Shown here: one piece after another, positions 46,288-56,951 of the stretch
Numbering within the stretch: position 1 is the first letter of the stretch
Layout of the letters: the number at the start of each line of letters is the position of its first letter
From: Eubacteriales bacterium
Lineage (GTDB): Bacteria > Bacillota > Clostridia > Oscillospirales > QAKW01
Direction: 5' to 3'
Length of the DNA: 64,000 nt
Assembly: GCA_045636365.1 (NCBI GenBank)
Contig: JAZTXG010000013.1
Span: 12,280 to 76,279 of the forward strand
Notes under the pieces: generated by a model
What the model was told of the DNA's origin: nothing
Database searches by the model: none
Seen by the model: the letters and a program-made list of their open reading frames with translations, nothing else
Position numbers and translations under genes: made by a program

Positions 46288-47043
46288 ATGCAAGAGTATT
46301 TAAATTGCGCTATGGATATCGGGGAGCAGATGCTGATCAATGGGGCAGAGGTTCATCGGGTGGAAGATAGCGTTCGAAGAATGTGTCGGGCATTTGGCTA
46401 TGAACGAATTGATGTTTTTATCATAACAAGCAGTATGGTAGTAACTGTTTTCAAGGGTGAAGAGTTCATAACCCAAACACGGCGGATCGTTGGTTCAACT
46501 ACCGATTTGGAAAAGATCCATCGATTGAACGATCTTTCGCGCAGAATTTGCAATCATTCGTTTAATTCTGCCAAGAAAATCAAAAAGGAAATCGAATTGA
46601 TTTTAAATCAAAAAAATTATCCGCTCTGGTTGGAATGCTTGGCATATGCCATAATATCGGGTGCATTTTCGATATTTTTCGGCGGTAATTTGGCGGATGG
46701 CGGCGTTTCCTTTCTCATCGGCGCTTTGGCTCGCATTTTGATTTATTTTGCCGATCGGGCGCAGATGAACAAAATGTTCATTAAGTTTATCAGTTGCTTT
46801 TTTGCAACAATGCTTGCGATTATTGCGGTTCGTTTTCGGTTGATTTTAGCGGTTGATAAGGTTATAATCGGTAATATTATGACCTTGATTCCGGGAATCG
46901 GCTTGACCAATGCGTTGCGAGACCTCTTTACCGGAGATAGCATTGCAAGTATGTTGCGATTTGTCGAGGCGGTTCTTACTGCGCTGGCGATTGCTGCCGG
47001 ATATTTTGTTGCAACTTTTCTGTTCGGAGGGGCTGTTTTATGA
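46288..47043 (+). CDS. Threonine/serine exporter family protein (ThrE/DUF1212)
   Basis: 251 aa. N-terminus [25 protein letters not shown], then TM segments. Confidence 0.75.
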   Translation: MQEYLNCAMDIGEQMLINGAEVHRVEDSVRRMCRAFGYERIDVFIITSSMVVTVFKGEEFITQTRRIVGSTTDLEKIHRLNDLSRRICNHSFNSAKKIKKEIELILNQKNYPLWLECLAYAIISGAFSIFFGGNLADGGVSFLIGALARILIYFADRAQMNKMFIKFISCFFATMLAIIAVRFRLILAVDKVIIGNIMTLIPGIGLTNALRDLFTGDSIASMLRFVEAVLTALAIAAGYFVATFLFGGAVL

Positions 47044-47489
47044 ATGATATATTGATTCAGATTCTTTCCGGATTTTTGGGTTCATTTGCATTTGCTTTTT
47101 TGTTTAATATACGTGGAAAAAAGCTGGTGTTCGCCGGTCTTGGAAGCTTGATCGCTGTTGGTTCTTATATTCTTTTGGCAGAAATAATCGATAGCACCGC
47201 AATTTGCTATTTTATTGTGGCTTCGATGATTTCTGTGTACGCCGAGATTATGGCGCGGGTTTTAAAATCGCCGACAACGACGTTTATTCCTTTAGCATTG
47301 ATTCCCTTAGTGCCCGGAAGCGCGCTTTATTATACAATGGCATATGTTTTTGACGGCGATTGGAACAGTTTTTTGGAAAAGGCAATTTATACAATGAGTT
47401 TAACGGTTGCGCTGGCATTGGGCATCGTACTGATCAGCGCAATAATCAAGATGATAAATGAGGAGAGAAAAAATGCAAGTTGGAATTGA
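47040..47489 (+). CDS. Threonine/serine exporter-like small membrane subunit (DUF3815-type)
   Basis: 149 aa, 4-5 TM, start overlaps the preceding stop by 4 nt. Confidence 0.7.
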   Translation: MNDILIQILSGFLGSFAFAFLFNIRGKKLVFAGLGSLIAVGSYILLAEIIDSTAICYFIVASMISVYAEIMARVLKSPTTTFIPLALIPLVPGSALYYTMAYVFDGDWNSFLEKAIYTMSLTVALALGIVLISAIIKMINEERKNASWN

Positions 47490-47859
47490 AAACAAAATTG
47501 AACTGAATGTTACTGATGAAAAGACGGCCAAGACCGTTGGCAGCGGCACTCTCGACGTTTTTGCCACTCCGGCAATGATTGCCTTGATGGAACAAACTGC
47601 GGCAGAGAGTGTTGAGAGCGAATTGGAGCAGGGGACGACAACGGTTGGCATAAAAATCAATGTCGAACACCTTGCAGCAACCCCGGTCGGGATGAAGGTT
47701 ACTTGCCATAGTACATTGGTGCAGGCAGAGGGAAGAAAGCTTGTTTTTGACATTGAGGCATTTGATGAAGCGGGGATGATTGGAAAGGCTTATCATGAAC
47801 GCTTTATTGTTGATTCCAATCGTTTTATGGATAAGACGCTGAGCAAATTGGGAAAATAA
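47473..47859 (+). CDS. Hotdog-fold thioesterase family protein
   Basis: ATG after AGGAGAG. GSGTLDVFATPAMIALME... resembles the FlK/YiiD-type thioesterase fold. Confidence 0.6.
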   Translation: MQVGIENKIELNVTDEKTAKTVGSGTLDVFATPAMIALMEQTAAESVESELEQGTTTVGIKINVEHLAATPVGMKVTCHSTLVQAEGRKLVFDIEAFDEAGMIGKAYHERFIVDSNRFMDKTLSKLGK

Positions 47860-47945
47860 GATTTCTATAAAAAATATTAAAAAAAGTGTTGACATTTCAT
47901 GCCGGGTTTGATATTATATATGCGTTGTCGATCAGGCAATGAAAT

Positions 47946-48032
47946 GCGGATATGGCGGAATTGGCAGACGCGCTAGATTCAGGTTCTAGTCGGGGCAACT
48001 CGGTGGAGGTTCAAGTCCTCTTATCCGCACCA
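47946..48032 (+). tRNA. tRNA-Leu (anticodon CAG), long variable arm, CCA encoded
   Basis: Acceptor gcggata/tatccgc, anticodon arm ctaga-ttCAGgt-tctag, T-arm ggaggttcaagtcctc. Terminator atccgaagcata...tatgcttcggat + tttttttt follows. Confidence 0.85.
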
Positions 48033-48106
48033 TGATTGATCCGAAGCATAGCAATATGCTTCGGATTTTTTTTATTTACAAAAATAAGGCGCCATGGTAT
48101 GGCGCC

Positions 48107-48673
48107 TTATTTCTTGTAACAGGTTAAGCAAGGTGTTTTTTGAGATTGCAGTGCATCTTCTTCGGTCATCTTGATGGCGTTTTTGCCTGCGTGGGATTCG
48201 TTCTTATGGTATCGTTTGCCCGATGGGGAAGCATATACCGTTTCGAGTGTAGATTCGCCTTCGACGACATTGATATAAATGCTTTTTATAATCCCTTCAG
48301 TTGATACAAAAAGACGAGCGGAACCAACGCGTTGCGCTGTATAGATATTGTGATTTAACGAAAGAATATCGGAATCCGAAGAAACAGTAAAGTCGGTTAA
48401 ATATTTTTCGTCATCGGATATGAATATACCGCCGGATTGGCCTACAGTCAAGGTGTCCCTTGATACATAGATGTCAAAATCATCGATGTTGTTTTTATTG
48501 GTCGGGAATAAAAATGAAAGGGATAAAATTGACAGAAAAAGGAGGAACCCGATAGCTCCAAGAATCCACTTTCTTTTCGTTGGTTGGTCGGAAATTAAGA
48601 GAAAAACAAGCCCGATAGGAAAGAAGAGAATCAATGCTGTAAATATAAATAATGAGTGATTTTTAAAATTCAT
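48107..48673 (-). CDS. Hypothetical membrane-anchored protein with Ig-like (Big_2-like) region and Cys/His C-terminal tail
   Basis: 188 aa. Two N-terminal TM segments. The C-terminus KRYHKNESHAGKN...KTPCLTCYKK is of unassigned family. Confidence 0.55.
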   Translation of the reverse strand: MNFKNHSLFIFTALILFFPIGLVFLLISDQPTKRKWILGAIGFLLFLSILSLSFLFPTNKNNIDDFDIYVSRDTLTVGQSGGIFISDDEKYLTDFTVSSDSDILSLNHNIYTAQRVGSARLFVSTEGIIKSIYINVVEGESTLETVYASPSGKRYHKNESHAGKNAIKMTEEDALQSQKTPCLTCYKK

Positions 48674-48789
48674 AATATTCCTTGAAATATCTCGGTCTAA
48701 TATGCATATGGATTTATGGGTGATAATATGGGGGATTGGATCATTGCAATTATAATGTCGGTAATAATTGCCGTTTTAATTAAAAGACC

Positions 48790-49671
48790 TTAAAACATAT
48801 TTTTGATGGATGCTTCATATTGGGACGGAGTCATCCCTGTTGCTTGCTTAAAGCGTAAAGAAAAGTACTGTACGCTATTATATCCGAGACGCTCGGCGAT
48901 TTGCGTGAAATTGATGTCTCGCTCTCGAATCAATTCTTTGGCGCGATCAATTCTGCAACGGTTATAATAGTCGATGGCGCCAACGCCAAGTCCGTCGCGA
49001 AAGAGCTTTTTCATGGTGGATTCACTCATGGAAAAGGTTTTGCATAAATCGGAAAAACTGAGGCGTTGTTCCACATTTTTTTCTAAATAGTTGCAGATAA
49101 CGGCTAATTTACTGTTTGTTGTATCGTCGACAAAGATGCGTTTGGATAGATTGTTTTCATGGGCAATGTCGCGGATGATATAAATTAACATTTCTTCAAG
49201 ATGCCCTTGAATCAATTGTTCTGCGCCAAAGGGTTGCTCTTCGTTGCGAATTAATTGGATGGTATGCCGTTGGCCCAAGGGGGTGGAAAACGCTGCTTCG
49301 GCTTCAGAGATAATGGTTGCGAGATGGCGTCTGCATTTTGTGGGACACGGGATGGACTTTCCTGCGACAGAATAAAGCGCGGGGGAAACGGAGTGGAACG
49401 ATATAATTACCGAATTGGCGGATCGTTCACCGTTGCAACGCAGGTTATGAAATTCCATGGGGCGATGAAGGAAAAGATGGCCGGCAGGAAGAATGGTTTC
49501 GTGTGCCCCTGCGGTTATCAGAAGCTCTCCTTTGTCGACATAGACTAACTCCCAAAAGTCGTGAAATTCGCCCGAAAATGTAAACTCTTTGGGATATTCA
49601 TAATAATGAATAGACACAATACTTGAAATATCAAGAGACCTTTTCATAGTTGTTTCAATGTGTTTGATCAT
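48790..49671 (-). CDS. AraC-family transcriptional regulator (cupin + HTH_18)
   Basis: C-terminus INFTQIAERLGYNSVQYFSLRFKQATGMTPSQY. Start at MIKHIE, with GGAGG 8 nt upstream. Confidence 0.85.
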   Translation of the reverse strand: MIKHIETTMKRSLDISSIVSIHYYEYPKEFTFSGEFHDFWELVYVDKGELLITAGAHETILPAGHLFLHRPMEFHNLRCNGERSANSVIISFHSVSPALYSVAGKSIPCPTKCRRHLATIISEAEAAFSTPLGQRHTIQLIRNEEQPFGAEQLIQGHLEEMLIYIIRDIAHENNLSKRIFVDDTTNSKLAVICNYLEKNVEQRLSFSDLCKTFSMSESTMKKLFRDGLGVGAIDYYNRCRIDRAKELIRERDINFTQIAERLGYNSVQYFSLRFKQATGMTPSQYEASIKNMF

Positions 49672-49824
49672 TAGATACACCTCCGCTGTTTGATTTACAA
49701 AAATATAATATCATAACAAAAAAGAAAAATCAATAAGACTGAAAATATAAATTTTAAAACGTCACTTTTTTATTCAAATATAAAAGCCGATGCATTTTTG
49801 CATCGGCTTTAAAGTTATCATATT

Positions 49825-51927
49825 TTAGAAAATACTGAAGTTTACTACAAGTGCTGCAAAGACGATGGAGACCATCGAAAGAAGCTTGATCAGAATGTTG
49901 ATTGCAGGGCCGGAGGTATCCTTGAAGGGATCACCGACAGTGTCGCCGACAACGGCCGCTTTATGCTGATCGGAACCTTTGCCACCGTGTTCTCCGCTCT
50001 CAATATATTTCTTGGCATTATCCCAAGCGCCGCCGGAATTGGACATAAAGATGGCCATCAAAAAGCCGGAAACAGTTGCGCCTGCAAGCATTCCGATAAC
50101 ACCGGCATAGCCGAGAATCATACCTACAAGGACAGGGACAACGATTGCTACGATGGTGGGAAGAACCATTTCACGAAGGCTGGATTTGGTGCAAAGGTCG
50201 ACGCAAGAAGCATAGTCGGGCTCTGCCTTGCCTTCCATCAAACCGGTGATTTCTTTGAATTGGCGGCGGACTTCCAAAACAACGGATTGAGCCGCTTTTC
50301 CGACGGATTCCATGGTGAGTGCTGCGAATACAAAGGGCAGGCAAGCACCGATGAAAAGACCGATCAGTACACAGGGGTTCATAATGTTTAAGGCGCCTTC
50401 GGGCAACTCTTGGCCGAGAATGGAAACCACCTTATCTTTATAGGAAGCCATCAGCGCCAAGGCGGTAAGCGCTGCAGAGCCAATGGCAAATCCTTTGCCG
50501 GTCGCGGCGGTGGTGTTGCCAAGGGCGTCCAGAGCGTCGGTGCGCTTGCGAACTTCGGGATCCATACCGGACATTTCTGCAATTCCACCGGCATTATCAG
50601 CGACCGGCCCGTAGGCATCGGTTGCCAGAGTAATGCCGAGAGTAGAAAGCATACCAACCGCTGCAAGCGCAATGCCGTAAAGACCGTTGCTCGCGCTTGC
50701 GCTGCCTCCGGCGATGAAATATGCAATCAGCACGCAGGCTGCGACGATGACAATGGGCATTGCTGTGGAAAGCATTCCGAGGGAAAGACCGCCGATGATC
50801 GTGGTGGCGGAGCCGGTTTCGGCTTTTGCTGCTAATTTCTTAGTGGGTTTATAGGTTTCAGAAGTGTAGTATTCCGTTGCCTTGCCAATCAGAACACCGG
50901 CGATCAAGCCGGCGAGAATGGCAAAATACAAACCGATATTTTCTTTGCCCAAGAGCCAGATGACAAGGGGCAGAGAAAAGATGGCGATCAAGATTGCGCT
51001 GAAGTTTGTTCCGCGGCTGAGAGCGCTCAGCAGGTTTTTCTGGGATGCGCCTTCTTTTGTGCGAACAAAGAAGGTGCCAAAGATGGAACAGAGTATGCCG
51101 ATGGCTGCCATTAACATAGGCAAAAGCATCGCTTTAAAGTCGAGGGTAGGGAAGGCCACAACACCGAGTGCAGCGGCGGATATGATCGAGCCAACGTAGG
51201 ATTCATAGAGATCAGCGCCCATACCGGCAACGTCGCCAACGTTATCGCCTACGTTATCGGCAATGACAGCGGGGTTGCGCGGATCATCTTCGGGGATGCC
51301 GGCTTCAACCTTGCCGACTAAATCGGCACCTACGTCGGCCGCTTTGGTAAAAATACCACCGCCGACACGGGCAAATAACGCCATAGAGGAGGCGCCCATG
51401 CCGAAGGTCAGCATAATTCCGGTGATTTCAGAAGCACTCTCGGGGGGAAATACATATTTTAATAAGAAGAACCAGACAGAGATGTCCAACAAACCGAGGC
51501 CAACAACGGTAAAGCCCATGACCGAACCGGCGGAAAAGGCAACGCGCAGACCGCGGTTTAATCCTTCGCTGCAGGCGTTGGCGGAACGGGCATTGGCAGC
51601 GGTGGCAATTTTCATGCCGACAAATCCGGAAAGGGCAGAAAAGAACCCGCCGCTGATGAATGCAAAGGGGACATACCAGGTCAAAAGCTTAAACGCCGCC
51701 ATAACGAGAAGTACGACGAACATCACAGCGAAGAAGATCGAAACAATGGTGTATTGCCGCTTAAGATAGGCGTTTGCGCCTTTGCGAATCGAAGCGGCGA
51801 TCTTTTTCATTAGATCGTTACCTTCGGAATAATTTAAAACTTTTTTGGCAGTGAAAATTGCATACAGGAGCGCGAAGGCTGCGCTGCAGAAGATGACAAT
51901 TGTCAATACCATTTCGAGACTAAACAT
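49825..51927 (-). CDS. hppA: Membrane-bound proton/sodium-translocating pyrophosphatase
   Basis: 700 aa polytopic protein. Motifs GGGIFTKAADVGADLVGKVE, DNVGDNVGD and GGAWDNAKKY. Confidence 0.93.
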   Translation of the reverse strand: MFSLEMVLTIVIFCSAAFALLYAIFTAKKVLNYSEGNDLMKKIAASIRKGANAYLKRQYTIVSIFFAVMFVVLLVMAAFKLLTWYVPFAFISGGFFSALSGFVGMKIATAANARSANACSEGLNRGLRVAFSAGSVMGFTVVGLGLLDISVWFFLLKYVFPPESASEITGIMLTFGMGASSMALFARVGGGIFTKAADVGADLVGKVEAGIPEDDPRNPAVIADNVGDNVGDVAGMGADLYESYVGSIISAAALGVVAFPTLDFKAMLLPMLMAAIGILCSIFGTFFVRTKEGASQKNLLSALSRGTNFSAILIAIFSLPLVIWLLGKENIGLYFAILAGLIAGVLIGKATEYYTSETYKPTKKLAAKAETGSATTIIGGLSLGMLSTAMPIVIVAACVLIAYFIAGGSASASNGLYGIALAAVGMLSTLGITLATDAYGPVADNAGGIAEMSGMDPEVRKRTDALDALGNTTAATGKGFAIGSAALTALALMASYKDKVVSILGQELPEGALNIMNPCVLIGLFIGACLPFVFAALTMESVGKAAQSVVLEVRRQFKEITGLMEGKAEPDYASCVDLCTKSSLREMVLPTIVAIVVPVLVGMILGYAGVIGMLAGATVSGFLMAIFMSNSGGAWDNAKKYIESGEHGGKGSDQHKAAVVGDTVGDPFKDTSGPAINILIKLLSMVSIVFAALVVNFSIF

Positions 51928-52134
51928 ACTGATTTTCCTTTCATTATGAAATAATACACGTGAATTTAATAATATATTCTATCACTGGAGAACGTAAAAT
52001 TCAAGAAGAATTTGTAAAATATCAAATTTCCCCAAAGTTTAGCAATAAAAGATAAAAAATCAGGGCATAAATGATTGATAATTTTTAAAATTATGGTATA
52101 ATGAACTCAATTTATCATTCGAGGAGCGTTAAAA

Positions 52135-53574
52135 ATGAAATCGGAATTTGAACTGAGTTTGTTGAATGATTTTTATGAGTTTACGATGAGTAACGGTTTT
52201 TTCTGCGAAGGAAAAGGGGAACAAATCGTTTATTTTGATGTCTTCTTTCGCAGAATTCCGGATCGCGGCGGATATGCGATCTGCTGCGGTTTGGACCAAG
52301 TGGTTGACTACATTTCGAATCTTTCTTATTCAGATGAAGTTGTCGAATTTTTGAGAGAAAAAGGGATCTTTTCCGAGGGCTTTTTGGAATACTTGCGCAA
52401 TTTTAAGTTTAGCTGCGATGTATATGCGGTTCCCGAAGGGACACCGGTGTTTCCGGGCGAACCGATCCTTGTTGTTCGCGGACCTGCAATTCAGGCGCAA
52501 TTGCTTGAAACGATGATCCTGCTCACATTGAATCATCAAAGCTTGATCGCGACCAAAGCGTCTCGCATTGTTCGCGCTGCCGATGGACGCGGTGTGAGCG
52601 AATTTGGCGCCCGTCGTGCGCATGGAACAGCGGCTTCTGTGATGGGGGCGCGCGCTGCATATATTGCGGGCTGCGCCGGAACATCCAACACGTTGTGTGA
52701 TAAATTGTATGGTGTTCCGAGCAGCGGAACGATGGCACATAGCTGGGTGCAAAGCTTTCCGAGTGAATATGAAGCGTTTGTCGCTTATGCAAGGAATTAT
52801 CCCAATTCTTGTGTACTTTTGATCGATACTTTTAATGTTTTGAAATCAGGATTGCCCAATGCAATTCGTTGCTTTGATGAGGTCCTTAAACCGATGGGCT
52901 GCCGACCAGTGGCGGTTCGGATCGATTCCGGTGATATTACATATTTATCTAAAAAAATTCGTTCTATTTTGGATGAGGCGGGTTATACCGATTGCAAAAT
53001 TATGGTATCCAATTCTTTGGACGAATATATTATTCGCGATTGCTTGAATCAAGGTGCAAAGATCGATCTTTTTGGTGTGGGCGAGAGATTGATTACCTCC
53101 CGCAGTGAGTCGGTTTTTGGTGGTGTTTATAAGATTGTAGCCGTTGAAGAAGCGGATGGGTCAATTACGCCTAAAATCAAGGTTTCCGAGAATATTGAAA
53201 AGATAACAACTCCTTGTTTTAAGCAGGTTTATCGTCTGTTTTCTAATGACACCGGAAAGGCGATAGCGGATCTTATCACATTGCATGATGAGGAAGTCGA
53301 TCAAACAAAGCCGTATACATTGTTTGATCCGGTCCACACATGGAAGAAACAAGTTGTTTCAAATTATAAAGCAGTTCCGCTCCTTGAATTGATTTTCAAA
53401 AAAGGGGAGTTGGTCTATAAAAAACCGACCACAAAAGAAATCAGAGAGTACTCCTTGGGGCAAATGGATCTTTTGTGGGATGAAGTGAAACGTTTTGAAA
53501 ATCCTCATGAATATTATGTTGATTATTCTCAAAAGCTATGGGATATCAAAAATGAACTCTTAAAGAGCAATTAA
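52135..53574 (+). CDS. pncB: Nicotinate phosphoribosyltransferase
   Basis: 479 aa. LLNDFYEFTM..., EFGARRAHG and SGTMAHSW motifs. Confidence 0.9.
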   Translation: MKSEFELSLLNDFYEFTMSNGFFCEGKGEQIVYFDVFFRRIPDRGGYAICCGLDQVVDYISNLSYSDEVVEFLREKGIFSEGFLEYLRNFKFSCDVYAVPEGTPVFPGEPILVVRGPAIQAQLLETMILLTLNHQSLIATKASRIVRAADGRGVSEFGARRAHGTAASVMGARAAYIAGCAGTSNTLCDKLYGVPSSGTMAHSWVQSFPSEYEAFVAYARNYPNSCVLLIDTFNVLKSGLPNAIRCFDEVLKPMGCRPVAVRIDSGDITYLSKKIRSILDEAGYTDCKIMVSNSLDEYIIRDCLNQGAKIDLFGVGERLITSRSESVFGGVYKIVAVEEADGSITPKIKVSENIEKITTPCFKQVYRLFSNDTGKAIADLITLHDEEVDQTKPYTLFDPVHTWKKQVVSNYKAVPLLELIFKKGELVYKKPTTKEIREYSLGQMDLLWDEVKRFENPHEYYVDYSQKLWDIKNELLKSN

Positions 53575-53882
53575 TCGGGGTATACAAAATAAACAAAATT
53601 GCAGGTGCTAAAATTTTAGTACCTGCAATTTTGTTTATATTGCACAAATCATTATGTAAACTGATATTAAAAACAAGGTTTTTGGCCTCATTTTTAACAA
53701 TTTATTTGTAAATTTTTCAAAATTTTATTGAAATTATATATATAATGTGCTATAATTGCCACGTTAGTATGAGAAAAAATGTCTATAAATTCTTCGTTCA
53801 ATTTTCTTAATGCCTTTTTGTGTATTTTGTCAAAACGAAAAAATCATTTTTCAGTACTGATAATCTTTGTTGGAGGTAGATT

Positions 53883-56800
53883 ATGAAAAACAACAAAAAG
53901 ATGAATTCTTTTTGGCGCTCCCTTCTTGCTATGGCGCTTGTTTTGTCGATGATGGCGACAATGTCGGTTGTTGCGTTTGCAGACGATGAAGAGCCGGAAG
54001 CGACCGATGTTATGGCAGAAGTCGAAGGCGCTGAAACAGAAGAAAAGGTTGAGGACACGGAGCCTTTCGTTCCTGCTGAGACGGTGAATGCCGGTGGAGC
54101 AGAGAATGCAGGCGAAGTATCTGTGGTAGGCTTCTATCGTGACGGCCGCTATGTGGACTATTATTCCAAGTATGCGGATCAAATTGCCGCGATGCCTGAA
54201 ATCAAAGTTCCTGCTGAGTCGTTCACAGGGGTGACCGCTCCCAGTGTGGTTCAACCGGTATTTGAAGGCCGCGATCAGGTGTTGGTGATGTCCGATATCG
54301 GATCCATCACCTATAAGATTACCGTTGCCAAGACCGGTATGTACGCAATGCAGCTTGATTATTTCCAGCTGTTGGGCGATGGCAACGGCAAGGATTATGA
54401 ACTTGCTGTTTATGTCGACGGTAAACTTCCTCATAACGACGCGAGCCGTTTTTCTTTAAAGAGAAACTGGAAAGATGAAGATGAGGAACGCAAGAAGGAT
54501 TCCGGCGGCAATGAGCTGTATTCCAAGCAGATTGAAGATCCCAAGTGGTTGAGCAACTCTTTGCGCGATCCCGATGGTGTGTTTGATGATCCTGCTATGT
54601 TCTATTTAACCGCAGGGGAACACGAAATCAAGATCGCTTTCAATCAAGGTATTCTGGCTCTTGATGGTATTCGTTTCTATAATGACGGTGATGCGATCTC
54701 TTATGCGGATTATATCGCTCAAAATGATGCGAACGGTGCTGTAGATGCCGATACTCATTTCGATCTGGAAACAGAGAATTATGATGATAAGAGTGAATCT
54801 TTGGTTCAGCCTGATTTCGATCGCAGCGACCCGAAGGTGACTCCGTACAGCATCAGCAAGACCACGCTGAATGTTTTGGGCGGCGAAAACTGGAACGGGA
54901 ACGGCCAGCGCGTAAACTGGACGATCAATGTTCCTAAGGATGGTTACTATACCATCGGTGTTCGTTATCGTCAGTCTTATGTTGAGGATACTGTTACATA
55001 TCGCAAGCTTTATATTGATGATAAGGTTCCTTTTGCGGAAGCCGAGACGATCGGATTCCCTTATGGCATCGGCTATCAATATAATATGATTGGCGGAGTT
55101 GATGAAAACGGAAATGATGTTTCCTATAAGTTCTATCTGACTGCCGGTGAACACAAGTTCTCTTTGGAAGGCGTTATTGGTCCGATGGAAGAGGTTACTC
55201 GTATCTCTGAAGATCTTGTTTACCAATTAAACTATATCTATCGTAAGATTATCATCGTAACCGGTCAGAGCCCTGATGTCAATCGCGACTATGAACTGGA
55301 TAGGAAGATCACCGGTTTGATGGATATGTTTGACTCTGTTTATGACGATTTGCTCGGCATTGAAGAAAAGGTCATCAAAATCAACGGTAACCTTGGTTCT
55401 GCTCAGATCATCACTACTTTGAAAAAGCAGTTGAGCGATTTAATTAAAGCTCCCTATGCAATTCCCGAGCAATTATCTACCTTCAAAGATAATATCAGTA
55501 CTTTGAGTACATGGATGTTGGCATTGCGCGATCAGCCGTTGCAGATCGATAAAATGGTTTTCGCGGGCGAAGATGTCGCAGTTCCTTCTCAAACAGCTAA
55601 TTTCTGGGAAAGCACTGCTCATGAGATTCGTGCATTCTGGTCTTCCTTCGTTGATGACTATACAACGGTTGGTTCTGCTGATGAAAATGAACGTTCCCTG
55701 AAGGTTTGGGTTGGTACCGGCCGCGACCAGGCAACTGTGTTGAAGACCCTTTGTGATAACTATTTCACTCCGCAGACAGGGATTTCTGTCAATGTCGGCT
55801 TGGTTCCGCTTTCCATCTTGTCTAAGGCGATCGTTGCGGGCCGTTGCCCCGATATTGCATTGCACGTTTCCCGTGCCGAGCCGATGAACCTTGGTGTTCG
55901 TAATGCGATTTACGATCTTACTCAATTTGAAGATTATGATGAGATCGTTGAGCGCTTCTCTTCTTATGCGATGACTCCCTATACCTTGAGCACTACAGAT
56001 AAGGATGGGAAGATGATCAAAAAGGTATTTGCGCTTCCCGAATCTCAAAACTTTAATATGATGTACTATCGTAAAGATATTTTTGCTGAGTTGGGTATTT
56101 CTGCTCCGAATACCTGGAGTGATTTTGATAACATCCTTCCCTTTATTCAAGCAAACAATATGACGGTTGGTATGGATTCATCGATTTCGAACAGCTCGTT
56201 CTATGTCTTTATTTTGCAAACAGGAAACACTCCCTTTGCAGAGACCGGCGAAAAAACCAACTTTACCGAGCAGTATGCAATCGACGCATTTGAAAAATGG
56301 ACCAGATATTATCTGCAGTATGATTTGCCGACAGACTATAACTGGTACACCTATTTCAGAAACGGTCAAATGCCGCTGGTTATTCAACCTTATTCTCAGA
56401 TCACCTATCTGCAGGAGTCTGCTCCTGAATTGAACGGTCTGTGGGACGTTGCTCCGATTCCCGGAACATTGGATCCCGAAACCGGAATTGTAAATCGTTC
56501 CGAAGAGTCCGGCTCTCTTTCGGCTTGCATGATTGTTGATAAAGCGATTCGTGTCTCTAAGGATCCCGAACAAAAGACGAAGGATGCGTGGGAATTTTTG
56601 AAATGGTGGACTTCTACCGATATTTCTGCTGAATACGGCAACCGTATTGAAATGGCGATCGGTTCGGTAGCGAGATTTACCACTTCCAATATTGAAGCAT
56701 TTGAAAAGATCAGATGGTCTTCTGATGAAGCAACTGCGATTCGTTCTCAGCGTGAGTGGGTACGCGAATTGCCCGAACTTGTTGGTGGCTATTATGTCGG

Positions 56801-56951
56801 ACGTAACGTTGTTAATGCTTTCCGTAATGTTACTAACAATGGTTCCAACCCGCGCGAGAAACTATTCTATTATAATGAAGAAATTAATGGAGAGATCTGG
56901 CGGAAACGTATGGAATATGATCTTTCTGTACCGGAGGAGGCGAGAAAATAA
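53883..56951 (+). CDS. Giant extracellular solute-binding protein (1022 aa): signal peptide, two beta-sandwich CBM-like modules, helical linker, family-1-type SBP domain
   Basis: Signal MKNNKKMNSFWRSLLAMALVLSMMATMSVVAFA. Two repeated modules each end in (F)YLTAGEH(E/K)(I/F).... The C-terminal half (SLKVWVGTGRDQATVLKTLCDNYF...) resembles sugar-type SBPs. Confidence 0.7.
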   Translation: MKNNKKMNSFWRSLLAMALVLSMMATMSVVAFADDEEPEATDVMAEVEGAETEEKVEDTEPFVPAETVNAGGAENAGEVSVVGFYRDGRYVDYYSKYADQIAAMPEIKVPAESFTGVTAPSVVQPVFEGRDQVLVMSDIGSITYKITVAKTGMYAMQLDYFQLLGDGNGKDYELAVYVDGKLPHNDASRFSLKRNWKDEDEERKKDSGGNELYSKQIEDPKWLSNSLRDPDGVFDDPAMFYLTAGEHEIKIAFNQGILALDGIRFYNDGDAISYADYIAQNDANGAVDADTHFDLETENYDDKSESLVQPDFDRSDPKVTPYSISKTTLNVLGGENWNGNGQRVNWTINVPKDGYYTIGVRYRQSYVEDTVTYRKLYIDDKVPFAEAETIGFPYGIGYQYNMIGGVDENGNDVSYKFYLTAGEHKFSLEGVIGPMEEVTRISEDLVYQLNYIYRKIIIVTGQSPDVNRDYELDRKITGLMDMFDSVYDDLLGIEEKVIKINGNLGSAQIITTLKKQLSDLIKAPYAIPEQLSTFKDNISTLSTWMLALRDQPLQIDKMVFAGEDVAVPSQTANFWESTAHEIRAFWSSFVDDYTTVGSADENERSLKVWVGTGRDQATVLKTLCDNYFTPQTGISVNVGLVPLSILSKAIVAGRCPDIALHVSRAEPMNLGVRNAIYDLTQFEDYDEIVERFSSYAMTPYTLSTTDKDGKMIKKVFALPESQNFNMMYYRKDIFAELGISAPNTWSDFDNILPFIQANNMTVGMDSSISNSSFYVFILQTGNTPFAETGEKTNFTEQYAIDAFEKWTRYYLQYDLPTDYNWYTYFRNGQMPLVIQPYSQITYLQESAPELNGLWDVAPIPGTLDPETGIVNRSEESGSLSACMIVDKAIRVSKDPEQKTKDAWEFLKWWTSTDISAEYGNRIEMAIGSVARFTTSNIEAFEKIRWSSDEATAIRSQREWVRELPELVGGYYVGRNVVNAFRNVTNNGSNPREKLFYYNEEINGEIWRKRMEYDLSVPEEARK

